A stretch of 60,873 nucleotides of DNA, counting the filler. It is 12 parts of 12 records of this genome, joined end to end, with 100 filler letters (N's around TTAATTAATTAA, not from the genome) between each part and the next. Parts side by side here need not be neighbours in the genome. Positions count along the whole stretch, not along the records: positions 1 to 8,834 come from SRR15195285_3913; positions 8,935 to 12,448 come from SRR15195285_3916; 10 more parts are not named here. One strand, 5' to 3'. The notes beneath the pieces are model-generated. The model had not been told where the DNA came from. It did no database searches and saw only the letters and a list, made by a program, of their open reading frames with translations. Positions 1 to 11,428 of this stretch are shown one piece after another (the stretch's first letter is position 1; each line of letters starts with the position of its first letter). Both the position numbers and the translations under genes were made by a program.

Positions 1-3000
1 GCTGCTGCTGCTGTTGTTGCTGCTGCTGCTCCTGCCGCTCCTGCTCCTCCTGCCCCTTCTGCTCGAAATATCGAGATGTCGTGCTTCTCGCCTCACCGGC
101 CTTAGCACCTCCTGACTGTCGGGGCACGTAGCCGCCCGTACGGTCATCCCACACCATCGAGCGTTCGTGTACGATTTGTGGCTCCTCGCTTCCCTTCCGC
201 TTTTTTGAAGGCACACCGTACGGCACGGACAGGCCACTTGCTGCGGACGCACGTAATCGTGCCATCTGATCTACCGAGCCATCGCCGATCGAAACTGCGG
301 CCACACGACGACGGCGATCCAATATTGTGCTGCGCTGTTGCACTGGCTTGAACCCGGCATCTGCGCCTCGTCGAGCAGCGCCTTCGTTCTCATCTCGTTT
401 CTTCTGGGCTCGCGTCCTGATGATGCTCTGAAATTCGTGCTCTTCTTGATCCGCAATCAGCTTCTCTTCATCGGTGATTCGCTCTTCTGGTTTGTCCTTA
501 AGGAGTGAGCTATGTTCGTGGTGCCGAACGATCCAGCGCATTCCGACATCACAGCTTCTGACGTCATTCAACACCTCGTCTGCAGCCTCGTCGTTGTCTT
601 CCCATTCTGGCTCAGGATCGAACTCATAGAACTTCTCGGTCTCCTCCTTTCGGCAGTGCCGACTTATTGCCTGAGCGTCGACAATTCGATGCGACAGAAC
701 CTGCTTGGTTAAGACGGTGCGATAAATCGCCTCTTCCATAGTGCCAGCTGAGAGCAGCCGATACACAACAACAGGTCGCTCCTGGCCGTAACGGTAGGAT
801 CGAAACAATGCCTGGACGTTGACAGACGGATTAAAGTGGTCGTCAAGCATTACGCAGCGACTCGCCGCCACCAGGTTGATACCCATTCCACCAGCTGTTG
901 TTGATAGCAGGAACACAGAGCAACCACCTGGTTCATACTCACAGCTGTTGAACTGGTTGCAAAGTTCCTGTCGGCGTTTGGGCTTCGTATCGCCGTCCAG
1001 CCTGCAAAAATGCTTATCTATTTGCCACAATGGCCGCACGAGCTCTGCATCATCATTCGTGGGGCCATCTTGGCTGCCGAGCGTACTTGCCTTGTCGACG
1101 GCAGCGTCGAAATCGTCTGCACTCGGGTCAGGATGAGGAGTTTTGCAAAGAACACGCTGCACGACGTCCAGCATGGCCGTACTGTTGCTGAATATCAGCA
1201 TCTTTTCCTTCTGCTTCAAGCATAGCTTTATCACCTCGATTAGCACAGCTAGCTTCGGACTGCAAGACAAGATGTCGTCGCAATCGTCGCTGTCGGCAGG
1301 CAATGCATCCTCCCACCATCTGTCATCGTTGTTCAATTCTGGGGAAGTTGAACAGCGCGCGGGCGCAGCCCGTCTTTGTGCGAACTCACCAGCTGCCGCA
1401 GACTGCGTCGGGCTGGCGTCGTCAGCGAAGTTGAACTCCCGTCCATGTGCTGTTCTCTGTACACCGTTACAGCATTTCGAGACCGCCGCTACGTCACTAA
1501 TACCAAAGGCGCGCGCGGCCGCAGACTGCGATGGGAACCAAACCCACTCTTCGGCTCCGACTTCGCGCGCTAGAACGGGCTTGCCGTTTGCTGCTGCTGT
1601 GGAGGCGGCGGCACTGTTGCTACCAGCGTATGAGAGCAAGCGTTCACCGGAGCTGTCCTTGTGCAGCAAGAGGCTGGCTCCGGTGACGGTCCCACCCCCC
1701 TGCACGCTGCCATCATCGGGGCTGACTTCCTCCTCGACTTGTTCCTCACCAGATTCATCAAATTCTTCAGCAGGTGAAGTTGCATTATCTATTGGTGACG
1801 TACGATCTGTGCTCGTGCTGTGAGGCCGCTTCTTCTTTGCGTTGCGCTCCAGCCGCAACATCTGTGGATGTGATATGATTTTAAAAAGGGATGCCTTATC
1901 TGACATGATGCCCTTGCCTGTCACCCCGTCACCTAGCGCGCCCATTCTGTTCTGCAGAAACGTTTTGTAAAGCTTTTGCTGCAGCTCGCTTAGACGTACG
2001 TACAGCACGTACTCACGCTTTGTTGGGAGATCGCGCTCTAGCACAGTGTGATCTCGCCGATGAATCACCTGTTTTAGCTTTTTGTGAAGGGCATGGGCAC
2101 GTCGTTTCATTCGTGCGACATCCTTTTGGGAAGAGTCTGTGTGCTGCCCTGCTTCAATCGGTTCGACATACTGATTCTTGTAGTCCTTGACCGTCCCAAG
2201 GATCCCTGGTTTGACCCAGTCTAGCATTGCGTAGTACTCGAGTAAATTGTTCTGAAAGGGGGTACCTGTTAACGCGATGCGCCGTTGGCTTGCAATGCAG
2301 CTCAGTTGTGAACACAGCTGGCGTTGCCTATCTTTCAGTTTGTGAGCCTCATCCACTATGACAACGTCTGGCCCCGGATTTTGCAACCAATTCACCTCGT
2401 CTAGAAGCATCTTTGACAATTTCTCTTGGGGGTTATCATCACTCCAAGCATCTTCTATGTCACGAGCGCTCCAACCACGGTCCTTCGCGAGCTGCTCCAA
2501 CTCCGGCAGAGTCTTGCTCTGCAGGTTTTTTACTAACTCGTCTCGCTTTAAGGTGCACACATTCACGAATGTCTCATAACCCAGCAGCAGCACACCGCCA
2601 GTCCGATACCACTTCTTCAGGAGGCCCAGTCGCTGCACCTTGCCTGCATTGCTGTCAATGACGGTGACCGTGACCTTCGCAGCCCATCTTTGAAATTCTT
2701 CTCCCCAGTTGTAGATCGTACTCTTGGGTGCAACGATGAGCACACATGCAGGTCGCTCCTTTGGGATTGGGCTGTCACGCACCGTGTCGTGAAACTTTAT
2801 CCCGTACTGAAATATGCACCGAATCACTGCAATGGCCTCCAACGTTTTCCCGAGGCCCATGCAGTGCGCGACGACACACCCACTCGGTGCCTCTATGCTA
2901 CTCTTCCAAATGAACTTGACGCCATCCTTCTGATGTGCCTTCAGGCTCATTTCGCCGCTAACCAAAGATGGCCATCCATCTGTGTCCTGCTCGGCACCGA

Positions 3001-4684
3001 GAACAACTTTGACTGGCGTGCTGCCTTCAGTCCCAGGGTAGACTCCAACATCGAAACTGTCTGGACTGGCAGATGACTCGGCAGCAGAGCCTTGCCACGC
3101 TGGTCGAGTGTCTTCTGGCGCACGAGCAGCAGACCGATGGATTGAGTTGGATGGGCGCCGATGTGAATTGCGTTCGGCTCGCGCTGCCCCCTGTTTTTCT
3201 TCTTCTTCCTCACTGGACTCGTCAGATGACTTAGAACCGTCTTCGTCCAATCCGGACTTGCTGCCGCAAGTGCCGTTAACAAGCGACGATCTTTTCGCAT
3301 GCTGTTTGCGGATGATTGGCCGAGATGCTGGGTTCAATTCCCGAAGTTTCCGCTGCTCTGCCACGTCAGCCTGGCGAAGTTGTTCGTACGAAACTTTTCT
3401 TTGCTGGGCCCGATGCCAGTTCAGGTCGTCGTCATAGGCACGATCTTTGATATCAGCAATCTCGACCACCTTTCCGCTAAGACCTTTCTCTAGCGCTTCG
3501 CTGGGTGTTTCTGAGTACAATGCGCCTTCCGGCATTGGTCCAAGTAGTTTTTTCATCTCGTCCCGCTTGTCCAGCACTCTATCTGCTTTTCGGGCCCACT
3601 TTGGCTTCTTACTCGGCCCTATTTTTTTGATTTCATGTACGGCAGGCTCGATGTCGTCACCGACCACGTCACTCTCGCTCTCGCTATCAGATAAGCTGTC
3701 TTCGTCCGACTCTCGCTCGCAGCAGTACACCACAGATTCCCCCCAAGGATCGTCTATGCTCGCCGGCCGCTGCTGCCGCTGCTGCTTGATCACCTTCTCG
3801 CGTGCTTTCAGCACCGTCAGCAAGCTAGTCTTCTGCGAACGCAGCAGCGGTTCTAGGGCGTCCATTACGGCGAGCTTGCGAGCTTGCAGGCAACGCTCTG
3901 TGTATCTGCATCGAGCATCATACTCAGCCAGTTCATCAGTCACCCGTGCCTCGAGTGCGCTCGTGTCTACCTCGCTTGCCTGGAGCTCTGAGCTGATTTG
4001 GTCTCGCAGTCGGTCTAGATTAGCTTGCTCAAGGCAGCGATTGGCATCGTCGATGTCCTCTTCGATAGCCATCAACTGATCTGTGAGTATCTGATCCCGC
4101 GAAGGGTCCATGGCTTCGTTGAACTCGGCACGTAGCGAAGATAACCGCCGTCCGTCAGAAGGTTCACAATGATAGCAGCTCCACGGATCAGCATCTTGCA
4201 CGCTCTGGACCTCGTCCCGGCCAAGGTTTTCGCGGATGCACCGCTCGCAGTAGGCCCGGGGACACTCATCGCAGCACATCACCTCAACGCCGGTCTCGAG
4301 GCACCAGGCGCAGTTCTCAGTGTCCACTTCTGACTCTAGATCTGCCCGCTGATCCTCTTGCTCCACCAAGTCGTCACATAGCTCTTTGAAGCAGTTTTCG
4401 CACACAGCCACATGATGCAAGGACGGGTGCGGCCAGATCGTGGGTCCAGACACGCGCTTGTCACACGCTGTGCACGAAATGCCGGCGCTGGGGGTAGCCG
4501 GGGTCGCGGCAGCGGCGTGTGCCGCACCGATCTGTGGTCTACTTCGGACCGCAGCAGCCGCAGCCGCCGGGCTGCCAGGGTGCGTACTCAGACTTTCGAG
4601 CCTCTGCGAGATAGCCTGCCTTGCGGCCTGCATCTTAGCCTGCATCGTGCTCCGCTGGCGTTTCGCAGGCGGCTGCTCTGCCAT
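1..4684 (-). CDS. ATRX: ATRX-like SNF2 chromatin remodeller with N-terminal ADD zinc finger; 3'-truncated at the window edge
   Basis: Hand translation from ATG 4684 (MAEQPPAKRQR). ADD-like CTAC...HPSLHHVAVCENC...CAWCLETGVEVMCCDECPRAYCERCI...WSCYHC (~4170-4480). Motif I GCVVAHCMGLGKTL (~2840-2880), motif II NPGPDVVIVDEAH (~2342-2380), RRIALTGTPFQNNLLEYY, HelicC FLLSTTAGGMGINLVAASR...FRSYRYGQ. The start, ADD, motif II and HelicC segments share one frame. Poly-Q at the contig end. Confidence 0.92.
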   Translation of the reverse strand, partial: MAEQPPAKRQRSTMQAKMQAARQAISQRLESLSTHPGSPAAAAAAVRSRPQIGAAHAAAATPATPSAGISCTACDKRVSGPTIWPHPSLHHVAVCENCFKELCDDLVEQEDQRADLESEVDTENCAWCLETGVEVMCCDECPRAYCERCIRENLGRDEVQSVQDADPWSCYHCEPSDGRRLSSLRAEFNEAMDPSRDQILTDQLMAIEEDIDDANRCLEQANLDRLRDQISSELQASEVDTSALEARVTDELAEYDARCRYTERCLQARKLAVMDALEPLLRSQKTSLLTVLKAREKVIKQQRQQRPASIDDPWGESVVYCCERESDEDSLSDSESESDVVGDDIEPAVHEIKKIGPSKKPKWARKADRVLDKRDEMKKLLGPMPEGALYSETPSEALEKGLSGKVVEIADIKDRAYDDDLNWHRAQQRKVSYEQLRQADVAEQRKLRELNPASRPIIRKQHAKRSSLVNGTCGSKSGLDEDGSKSSDESSEEEEEKQGAARAERNSHRRPSNSIHRSAARAPEDTRPAWQGSAAESSASPDSFDVGVYPGTEGSTPVKVVLGAEQDTDGWPSLVSGEMSLKAHQKDGVKFIWKSSIEAPSGCVVAHCMGLGKTLEAIAVIRCIFQYGIKFHDTVRDSPIPKERPACVLIVAPKSTIYNWGEEFQRWAAKVTVTVIDSNAGKVQRLGLLKKWYRTGGVLLLGYETFVNVCTLKRDELVKNLQSKTLPELEQLAKDRGWSARDIEDAWSDDNPQEKLSKMLLDEVNWLQNPGPDVVIVDEAHKLKDRQRQLCSQLSCIASQRRIALTGTPFQNNLLEYYAMLDWVKPGILGTVKDYKNQYVEPIEAGQHTDSSQKDVARMKRRAHALHKKLKQVIHRRDHTVLERDLPTKREYVLYVRLSELQQKLYKTFLQNRMGALGDGVTGKGIMSDKASLFKIISHPQMLRLERNAKKKRPHSTSTDRTSPIDNATSPAEEFDESGEEQVEEEVSPDDGSVQGGGTVTGASLLLHKDSSGERLLSYAGSNSAAASTAAANGKPVLAREVGAEEWVWFPSQSAAARAFGISDVAAVSKCCNGVQRTAHGREFNFADDASPTQSAAAGEFAQRRAAPARCSTSPELNNDDRWWEDALPADSDDCDDILSCSPKLAVLIEVIKLCLKQKEKMLIFSNSTAMLDVVQRVLCKTPHPDPSADDFDAAVDKASTLGSQDGPTNDDAELVRPLWQIDKHFCRLDGDTKPKRRQELCNQFNSCEYEPGGCSVFLLSTTAGGMGINLVAASRCVMLDDHFNPSVNVQALFRSYRYGQERPVVVYRLLSAGTMEEAIYRTVLTKQVLSHRIVDAQAISRHCRKEETEKFYEFDPEPEWEDNDEAADEVLNDVRSCDVGMRWIVRHHEHSSLLKDKPEERITDEEKLIADQEEHEFQSIIRTRAQKKRDENEGAARRGADAGFKPVQQRSTILDRRRRVAAVSIGDGSVDQMARLRASAASGLSVPYGVPSKKRKGSEEPQIVHERSMVWDDRTGGYVPRQSGGAKAGEARSTTSRYFEQKGQEEQERQEQQQQQQQQQ

Positions 4685-5844
4685 GGCGTGCCACAGGCTG
4701 ACGGCGCGTGGCTGTCAGGACCAGCGCGCGTCGCTGCTGTCAGCTCGAACGTCGCCAGGCAGCCTGGAGGCCCTCACTCTTCTCCCTGCAGAGCCACGGC
4801 CTCTTCCTCAAGTCCTTCCCTAGCAGCGCCTCCTTGCTGTCGCGCGGGGCAACGCGCAACACGCCGCTACACGTGCACACAGCTGTTGTCGCTCGAGGTT
4901 GCCATCAGCATACATGTAGCATGGGCATCGCCATCATCGCTGTGGCAATTTGAACCCCTTTCGATGGCCACCGTAATGCCTGCAGCCGGCCACGCATCTT
5001 CGATCTTCATTCGATTCATGTTTCATCTTGGATCGGTTCATCTGGTTCGATCTTGCCTGCAAGACCTCGGCTGAGTCGGCTGCGGTGAGCTCACCGATAC
5101 CATGCAGGACGCAGGACCAGGAGCCACCGTACCGTCGCACATTTCTCATTCGAATTTCGATTCAAACACTTCTCGAGGAACTCGTGGATATATGATAGAT
5201 CTTCATCATAGAATAATTATAAGAACGGATCAGATCGGAGCGACAGAAGGGGGATGTCGGTTTCTCCTGTTTCTTCTGTGTTCTTCCCTGTGTTTGCACA
5301 AGGGTGCACAGACAACCCTTCCCTGGCAGCTCCCGTGAGGGTGATGGGCGTTTTCCGTCTCGCCGTCAAGAGAGGGAGTTGCGGGTCGGCAAGTCTGTTT
5401 TTCAGCATGGCAGCCGGTCCTACCCACTGCGTCCCCACTAGCCAGAGCGCGATAGTACGAGCACGTACTAGACACCACTCTCAGTGACTGTGTACACTAG
5501 GAGTCGCGTCGGCGTCAGGCCAAATCTAGCACCAGGCCGCTAGTGCGCAGTTTGGCGGTGGTATATGGAGAATCTAGCCCTGGCCGACGCTAAGGGCCTC
5601 CGACAGCACGGCCGGCCTCGACACCCATCACCTTAGTCTTAGTAAAATTGAAAGTGTGTCAGCCAGTTGTAGAGTGGCGACGGCGCACGGCGGTTGAGTG
5701 CAACGACTCTACTGTGTCGTGTTACAGGGCACATGTGAGGCCTAAGCACGTGTGAGGAACTGCGTCTTGCGTATGATCCAACACCCCGCGCAAACCATCA
5801 AAAGTTGTTGCCGCTGTATGAATTGCTCGCCAAGAGCAGTGCAT

Positions 5845-7515
5845 TCAACCAGTGTCACCTTGCGCAAGTGGAGCGATCTCTGTGGGCTCCCCCGGGCATG
5901 CTATAGCTGGTGCCACTTGCGTTCGTTTCGGCTGCTTTTGCGTGCGGCTTTTTGCTCGCCCATACGCTTGCAACACTTGCTTGTTTGATATCGGCACCAC
6001 TGGAACGCCCAGACCTGTACCACAGGCACACACACAACATCAAACTGCGCTGTCTGCCTCGCGCAAAACCAAGCACCCACCGCAACCTCTCTACTGGAGC
6101 GTGAGCGCACCATTGGCCATAAGAACCTGCATGTTGTCGGCGAACACACGAGCATCTATTTGCTCTTTAGGCGTTGGATAGTGCACTGCAAGCTCCTTTA
6201 CGTCCATAACATTATACCAGCTCGTCATGAGCTCTAACACACTTGACATCATTGAGCCGGTGAAGTGAGGACTCCGTGATTTCCACCGGTATGTTATGAG
6301 GACAGGCTGAACCGGCAACCCGGCCACGAAGGCTCCAGTCCTACGAGATGCAATTATGCACTGAACACTTTAGCTAGACGAGCGCGCAGTCGCCATAGAC
6401 AAGATCGGGATAGGCTGGTCGCACCGAAACTGCAGGAGCTGTCGGCCGTTGGTTGTTGTTCCTTCTGGGAAGACCAGCAACCGCCGCAAATGATGCCCCT
6501 GCTCCAATGCAGCTGCCTGTTGATATTGCACAACGAGTTCCGTCGCGCCCGTACCAGTGCGTGCGCCGACCTTTCTGTGTCTATGAAGGAACAACACTCC
6601 GAACGCGTTCGCGATGACCCAAAAGCATGGGATCAGCTTGAAAAAGTCGGAAGCGACAGCTGTAGCTGGATACCGCCAGGCTATATAAAGGACGTCGGCG
6701 ACAGAGGAGTGATTTGCGATGATGGTGGAGCCATGCGCGGCGGCAACCGCATCTATACGCTGTCGATTCGCCGAAGAGTGCGTTTCTTCACCTCGAAAAT
6801 GACGCTGCGGCGTTGAGGTCGACGCGCCTGGACGAAACTTGCTTCCTGAGCGGCTTGCCACTGCCGTAGCTATGGCGGCTGCTCCAGCAGCAGCGGATTG
6901 CGCCTTGCGCGATGGACGACACTGCCAGCAACGCCTTCGCAGCCGGGATGTGTGGAAATCGTTCTCGACGCGGCGTTCGCGAATGTAGATGAACCCCAGC
7001 GAAAACAATGCCAGCCGTGCCAGTGGTGCCTGCAGCCTTATCACCGTGCGCTGCAGGCAGTTTTTCGGCTTTGCCGATAGCGACGAAGATGACGTACACC
7101 GGCACGACAAACAACCGATCAGCAGCACCACCACTGCTACGAGCGTCATCAGCCCAAATGCCACAACTATGATTGCCAGCCGGATCGGGAAGATGGTCAG
7201 CACTGCCAGAGTAAGCTTTGTGAGCGCCCAGCCTCGCCTCCATCCCGTGAACGTCGGCTTGTGTGGATTCAGGGTCTCCATCGCCTTTGCTTCCTCTTGC
7301 TCAGCTCGTTGCTCTCGCGCAGCTTCCAGCGCCATGTCAAGCTCCGGTCGCGCGGGAACGAGCTCGCTATTATCGCGTAGAGGAGCGTGCTCAGGCCGGC
7401 CGGTGCTGGGCGCCACCTGCTGGTTTGCATTCGCTGCTGCAGCGAATGCCTCCGCCCGGATCCTCGCCTCCTCCGACAGCTGCTGGTCGACGAACATCGC
7501 TGCGCCGCCGGCCAC
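5845..7515 (-). CDS. Lysophospholipid acyltransferase (LPCAT/LPEAT, PlsC family), 3 exons
   Basis: NHSSVAD (HxxxxD), FPEGTTTNG and an N-terminal TM segment. Introns 6341-6424 and 6015-6110 (GT-AG) give QFRTGAFVAGLPVQPV and LMANGLGVPV, typical of the LPCAT C-terminus. Confidence 0.88.
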
Positions 7516-8096
7516 TGCCGCACACCTGCTACCTGGGACGGAGCCAGCTGTCCATTGTCGGAGTCAGTCTTAACGGCTACGATCCTGCTCCTGGCATCTT
7601 CAACGCCGGCGGCACGGGCCACGGCGGCGGTTGCTCGCGAGCACCCCAGACACAATGTGATTTAAGGTGACATGTGTGATCTGCGGTGTGCGGAGCTACC
7701 GGTACATACCGGTACGGGTGTAAGGCGGTTGGTCGGGAGGAAGGCGCAACATGGAATCGCGGGATGATGAGGAGGAGATGATGGGTGGTGCGGTTTGCCT
7801 TCACGCCGTCGCTCCTTTCGTGCTCGTCCGCCGTGAATATTTGCACCAACACTACATCGGACTGGCGTCTTGCAGGCCAAAATGGCTGTCTGCGGCAAGT
7901 CGTGTTTTGGTTATGTCGTGCTCATGAATTGCGGCGCCTTGCAAACCGCACTCATCTCACGTTACGACTGTTATCACGGACGCATTCGGCTCTTACACTG
8001 AGCTCGCAGACGGTAGTTCCAATACTGCGCAGACAAGCAATTGAGGCAAGAAGAAATTAAACGATCGCTTATTATAACAGAACACAGGGCGGAGCA

Positions 8097-8834
8097 CTAC
8101 CGCCCGGACTCCTCCTCTGCTTCCTCCTCCTCAACTCCGCCCCCATTCTGGGCCATCAGCTCGTCCGTGGTCATTGGTCTACATTTGCCCGCCTCCTCGA
8201 TGTGTCCGTCGATGCACTGCTGGCAATACGGGCCCGCGTGATTGTCATCGCACATGCGATCGCCAGGAACACCTGCGTCACCGTTCTGATACTCTGCAGG
8301 GTATCCTGGTAGGCCACCTGCGTCACCACTCTTGCAGTTATAGTCGACCAGCCACTCATTTTGGTACTGCGGTGAATCTGGGTTGAAGCCGTCGACAGGG
8401 AACCGGAAGAGGCTGGTCTGTTTGCACGGCCAAACCTCATCCTCTATCGCGAGCACGTCGTTGTCCACGACATCTACCTCCACCACAAGCGGCGGGAACG
8501 CCATACCGCCAGTTTCAGTTGCGTATCTGGGAACGCAAACCTCAAAATCCTCGCAAGGGTACGAGTCGCACGGTTCTGCCAGCGGCGGGCAATGTGTGCC
8601 GTCCAGATCGTACGGCACCCACCGCCGGTCCGGTGTCAGGCAGGCGGTTTTTACGTCTGGGTTTATGTACCCATGGTCGTTCAAACCGGGCTGCGGGTAG
8701 CCAGCGTACATCCACGAGTGGTCAACGATACTCGCTCCCATGTGAGGAGAACCGCAAGCCGGGCCTGCGAGATGAAGGCCTGTCCGGGTATAATCCTGCA
8801 GCACGTAACCGTACAGCCACTTGTAGTCGCTGAA
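8097..8834 (-). CDS. C-terminal fragment of a Cys-rich hypothetical protein (5'-truncated)
   Basis: 235-aa ORF, apparently open toward the spacer, with protein-like composition, scattered Cys pairs and an acidic tail; no family recognised. Confidence 0.55.
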   Translation of the reverse strand, partial: FSDYKWLYGYVLQDYTRTGLHLAGPACGSPHMGASIVDHSWMYAGYPQPGLNDHGYINPDVKTACLTPDRRWVPYDLDGTHCPPLAEPCDSYPCEDFEVCVPRYATETGGMAFPPLVVEVDVVDNDVLAIEDEVWPCKQTSLFRFPVDGFNPDSPQYQNEWLVDYNCKSGDAGGLPGYPAEYQNGDAGVPGDRMCDDNHAGPYCQQCIDGHIEEAGKCRPMTTDELMAQNGGGVEEEEAEEESGR

Positions 8835-8934
8835 NNNNNNNNNNNNNNNNNNNNNNNNNNNNNNNNNNNNNNNNNNNNTTAATTAATTAANNNNNNNNNN
8901 NNNNNNNNNNNNNNNNNNNNNNNNNNNNNNNNNN
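8835..8934. other. Artificial contig spacer (44 N + TTAATTAATTAA + 44 N). Identical spacers at 12449, 18592, 22720, 28239, 31953, 36461, 40409, 50602, 54305 and 57742
   Basis: The same 100-bp structure occurs 11 times; the 12-mer places stop codons in all six frames. Confidence 0.98.
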
Positions 8935-9293
8935 TGAACCCTCAACAGTCACAGTCACAGTCACGCAACTTCCAACTCACCAGCATGATCGGGGGCGTGA
9001 TGTTGAATCAATGGCATGCGCGGCGCGCGTGCGTATCCGGTACCTGCGAGCGCGCGCGCGATACGTCTACTATGAATAGAGTCGCGCGCGGGCATGGCCA
9101 TGCACGCGCAGACGCCGGCGCTAGCGGATCGGAGCAGCTCGTACCGGTACCTCATCGCACGCGCCCGCCCGCCCAGGCGCGTAATCGCGCGGCGGTGCCA
9201 TACCCGGCGCCGGAGCGCCGGCACACGTACAGCTGTAGCTAGACGTACACAGCACCGTGGTCCACGAGCGCCGGCGGTATAGGCGGCAGCAAG

Positions 9294-11372
9294 ATGCCGA
9301 GCGAAGAGAGCATCGAGTCTTCTCAGGCTGGCGCTCCTGAGGCAGCAGGGCATGTAGAGCCACAGTTGCCATGCCAGGTAGCTGGCTGGCCTGTCCACGC
9401 CGTCGCCTCGGCGGCTGAGCTCAAAGCAGTGTGCCATCTCCGCTTCGAGGTCTACGTTGGGGAGCTCAAACGGGACAACTACTCCTACGTGAGTTAAGCT
9501 CAGGCCTGCACTCAACACCGATAGGCAGAATAGCCATGAGCGTGGGTAACAAAACATGGATGGAGCTCGTCGAAGTTGATGAGAATGCACTGGGAAACCG
9601 AAGCTCCCTGGTGCCACATTGTCATTCGGTCGAACGGTCGGCCGCACGAACAAGTGCCTGCAGAGCGCCGCTCACGTGAGGGTTTGTGCACGCAGGTTGA
9701 CCCAGTGGAACAGCTGCTGGAAGATCCTCTGGACCACAGCGACTCGTGCATCAACCTTTTCCACTCGACGGCTGACGACGGCCTCACGGAGGTTGAGCAA
9801 GAGATCGGTTACGTGAAGCCATTGCCTGGCCAACGCGTCGTTTCCGGCGCCCGTGTGCACGTCCCTTGTGAGTTGCGATGGGGCGACTCCGACCTGACCA
9901 CTCGTTGTCAATCGCTAACGAAGCTGCGTGCACGCCTATTGCTATAGGTCCCGATAAATATGCAGAGATGTTTGGCACGAAAGACCCCTCGGTGTTTGGT
10001 GAGGAGCTTGTGTCCGACCAGAGCAACTTTGCGTTTTTCTCACGCTTCATGGTCGCGAGTCCGTTCCGACGAGTCCGCACCGACGGTTTCGGGCTGGCGG
10101 ATGCGCTCTACGCAAGTGCCTTTGCTGCAGTGCGCGCGCGGGGGGCAAAGATTCTGCTGCTGAACTGCACTCCGGCCTTATCACCATACTACGAGCGTTT
10201 CGGTTTTGTGCGCTACAAACCAGCGTATTGCGACGATGGGATGGGCTTGCAGATCCCTCTCGCGATGGCACTCGAAGACGTGAATTTCCTGCAACGAGTG
10301 GCACCGAAAAGCCCGCTAACGCTGACGGCGCTATCCTTGGGCCACATGAGCGGTGCAACCGAAGGGACACCTGAGACGCAGCCGGAACCAGAGGGTATTG
10401 AGGCGGCTGAGGTTGCAGACGCACCGGCTTTGTCTTGCCGTTGGCTGGCGCAGGTCCAGTCTCGTCGTGCACCTCCACTTGTCAACTTTCAAACAATCGA
10501 CGGGGTCGAAGGGATGCGTAGGTTTCTGAACGATGAAGGTCAAGTTCCTGACATGGGGGAGTTTTCCATCTTCGCAGGTATTGCGCCTGATGAACGTGCC
10601 ACGTACTTCGGGAAGGTACCAAGTGCTCTGTGTGTCATTGATATCCCAGCTGGGGCGCAGCTCACGCGCGAAGGAGACGTGCGTGATGAAGCATACCTGC
10701 TTCTAAGTGGTACAATGGAGAATACCGAGCACCCAGAGGAAGTTCTTGAGCCTGGAGTCGTGGTGGGAGAAGTCTCGTTTCTTTCGGTACGTATACATGG
10801 CTTCTCTGCTGTATGGCGGCTGTTTGAGGTAGTGTCTAAGAGACAATTTGACCAGAGTTTCCTCTGTGTCCGGCAGGGCACACAGCGCATATCGACTACG
10901 ATCTGTAAAACTCATTGCTTGGTGATGGTCGTCTCGCGCATTGGCTTCATGAAGTCCATGAAGGTCGTCCCGGAGATCTCTGTGAAGCTGCTGTGGAATC
11001 TAGGTGTGCCATGAACCCTTCGTCGTTGCTGTCTCGTTCAGAGTTCTAAGGTGCTCTTGTGCGCATATCATAGGAACAGGTCTGTCGAGACGCTTTATGC
11101 AGCAGACGGCACAGCTGAAAAAGACTGCGCATTTGCTACAGACCACACTTGCAGCTGAAGCAGACGATACTGATGGTGGTGCAACCAAGCGGGCGCTTAG
11201 CGAAGCGGCAACGCAGCTGGAGACGACAGCGCAGCTCGACACCAAAGGTGCACCACCAACGACGCCGAACGATCCCACGGCAAAATGGCGGAAGGTGCAG
11301 GCTGCAGGATTTGCAGCGATCCGGCGTGTGAACTCTGCCCCAACGGCTGGGACAGGAGTCACTGAGTCATGA
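9294..11372 (+). CDS. N-acyl amino acid synthase-like (FeeM/NasP-type) GNAT + cyclic-nucleotide-binding domain protein, 5 exons, ~543 aa
   Basis: Exons 9294-9488, 9696-9867, 9948-10786, 10877-11003 and 11074-11372 splice in frame (1632 nt). GNAT motifs ELKAVCHLRFEVYVGEL, LEDPLD, FSRFMVASPFR, LLNCTPALSPYYERFGFVRY, GLQIPLAMALEDVNFL. cNMP motifs LTREGDVRDEAYLLLSG, PGVVVGEVSFLSGTQRISTTIC, KLLWNLGTGLSRRF. Confidence 0.8.
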
Positions 11373-11428
11373 CAATACATATTGGATCATAATGTGTGCC
11401 AGCAAGTAAATCCGCGGCTACCACACAA

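Noticed and set aside
512-5074. Plus-strand ORFs such as 1143-1823, 3447-4079 and 4412-5074
   Set aside because: Ser-rich antisense shadows of the ATRX-like frame. The same applies to 52844-53857, 39109-39960, 43124-43963 and 59025-59702 opposite other real genes.
5500-5595. Possible MITE bounded by GCGTCGG...CCGACGC
   Set aside because: Only ~8 bp of terminal match in GC-rich DNA, no clear target-site duplication and no second copy.
9294-11372. Bacterial contamination as the source of the GNAT-cNMP gene
   Set aside because: Four canonical spliceosomal-type introns are needed to assemble the protein, and it shares a contig with an EF-hand/PDZ gene of the host style.
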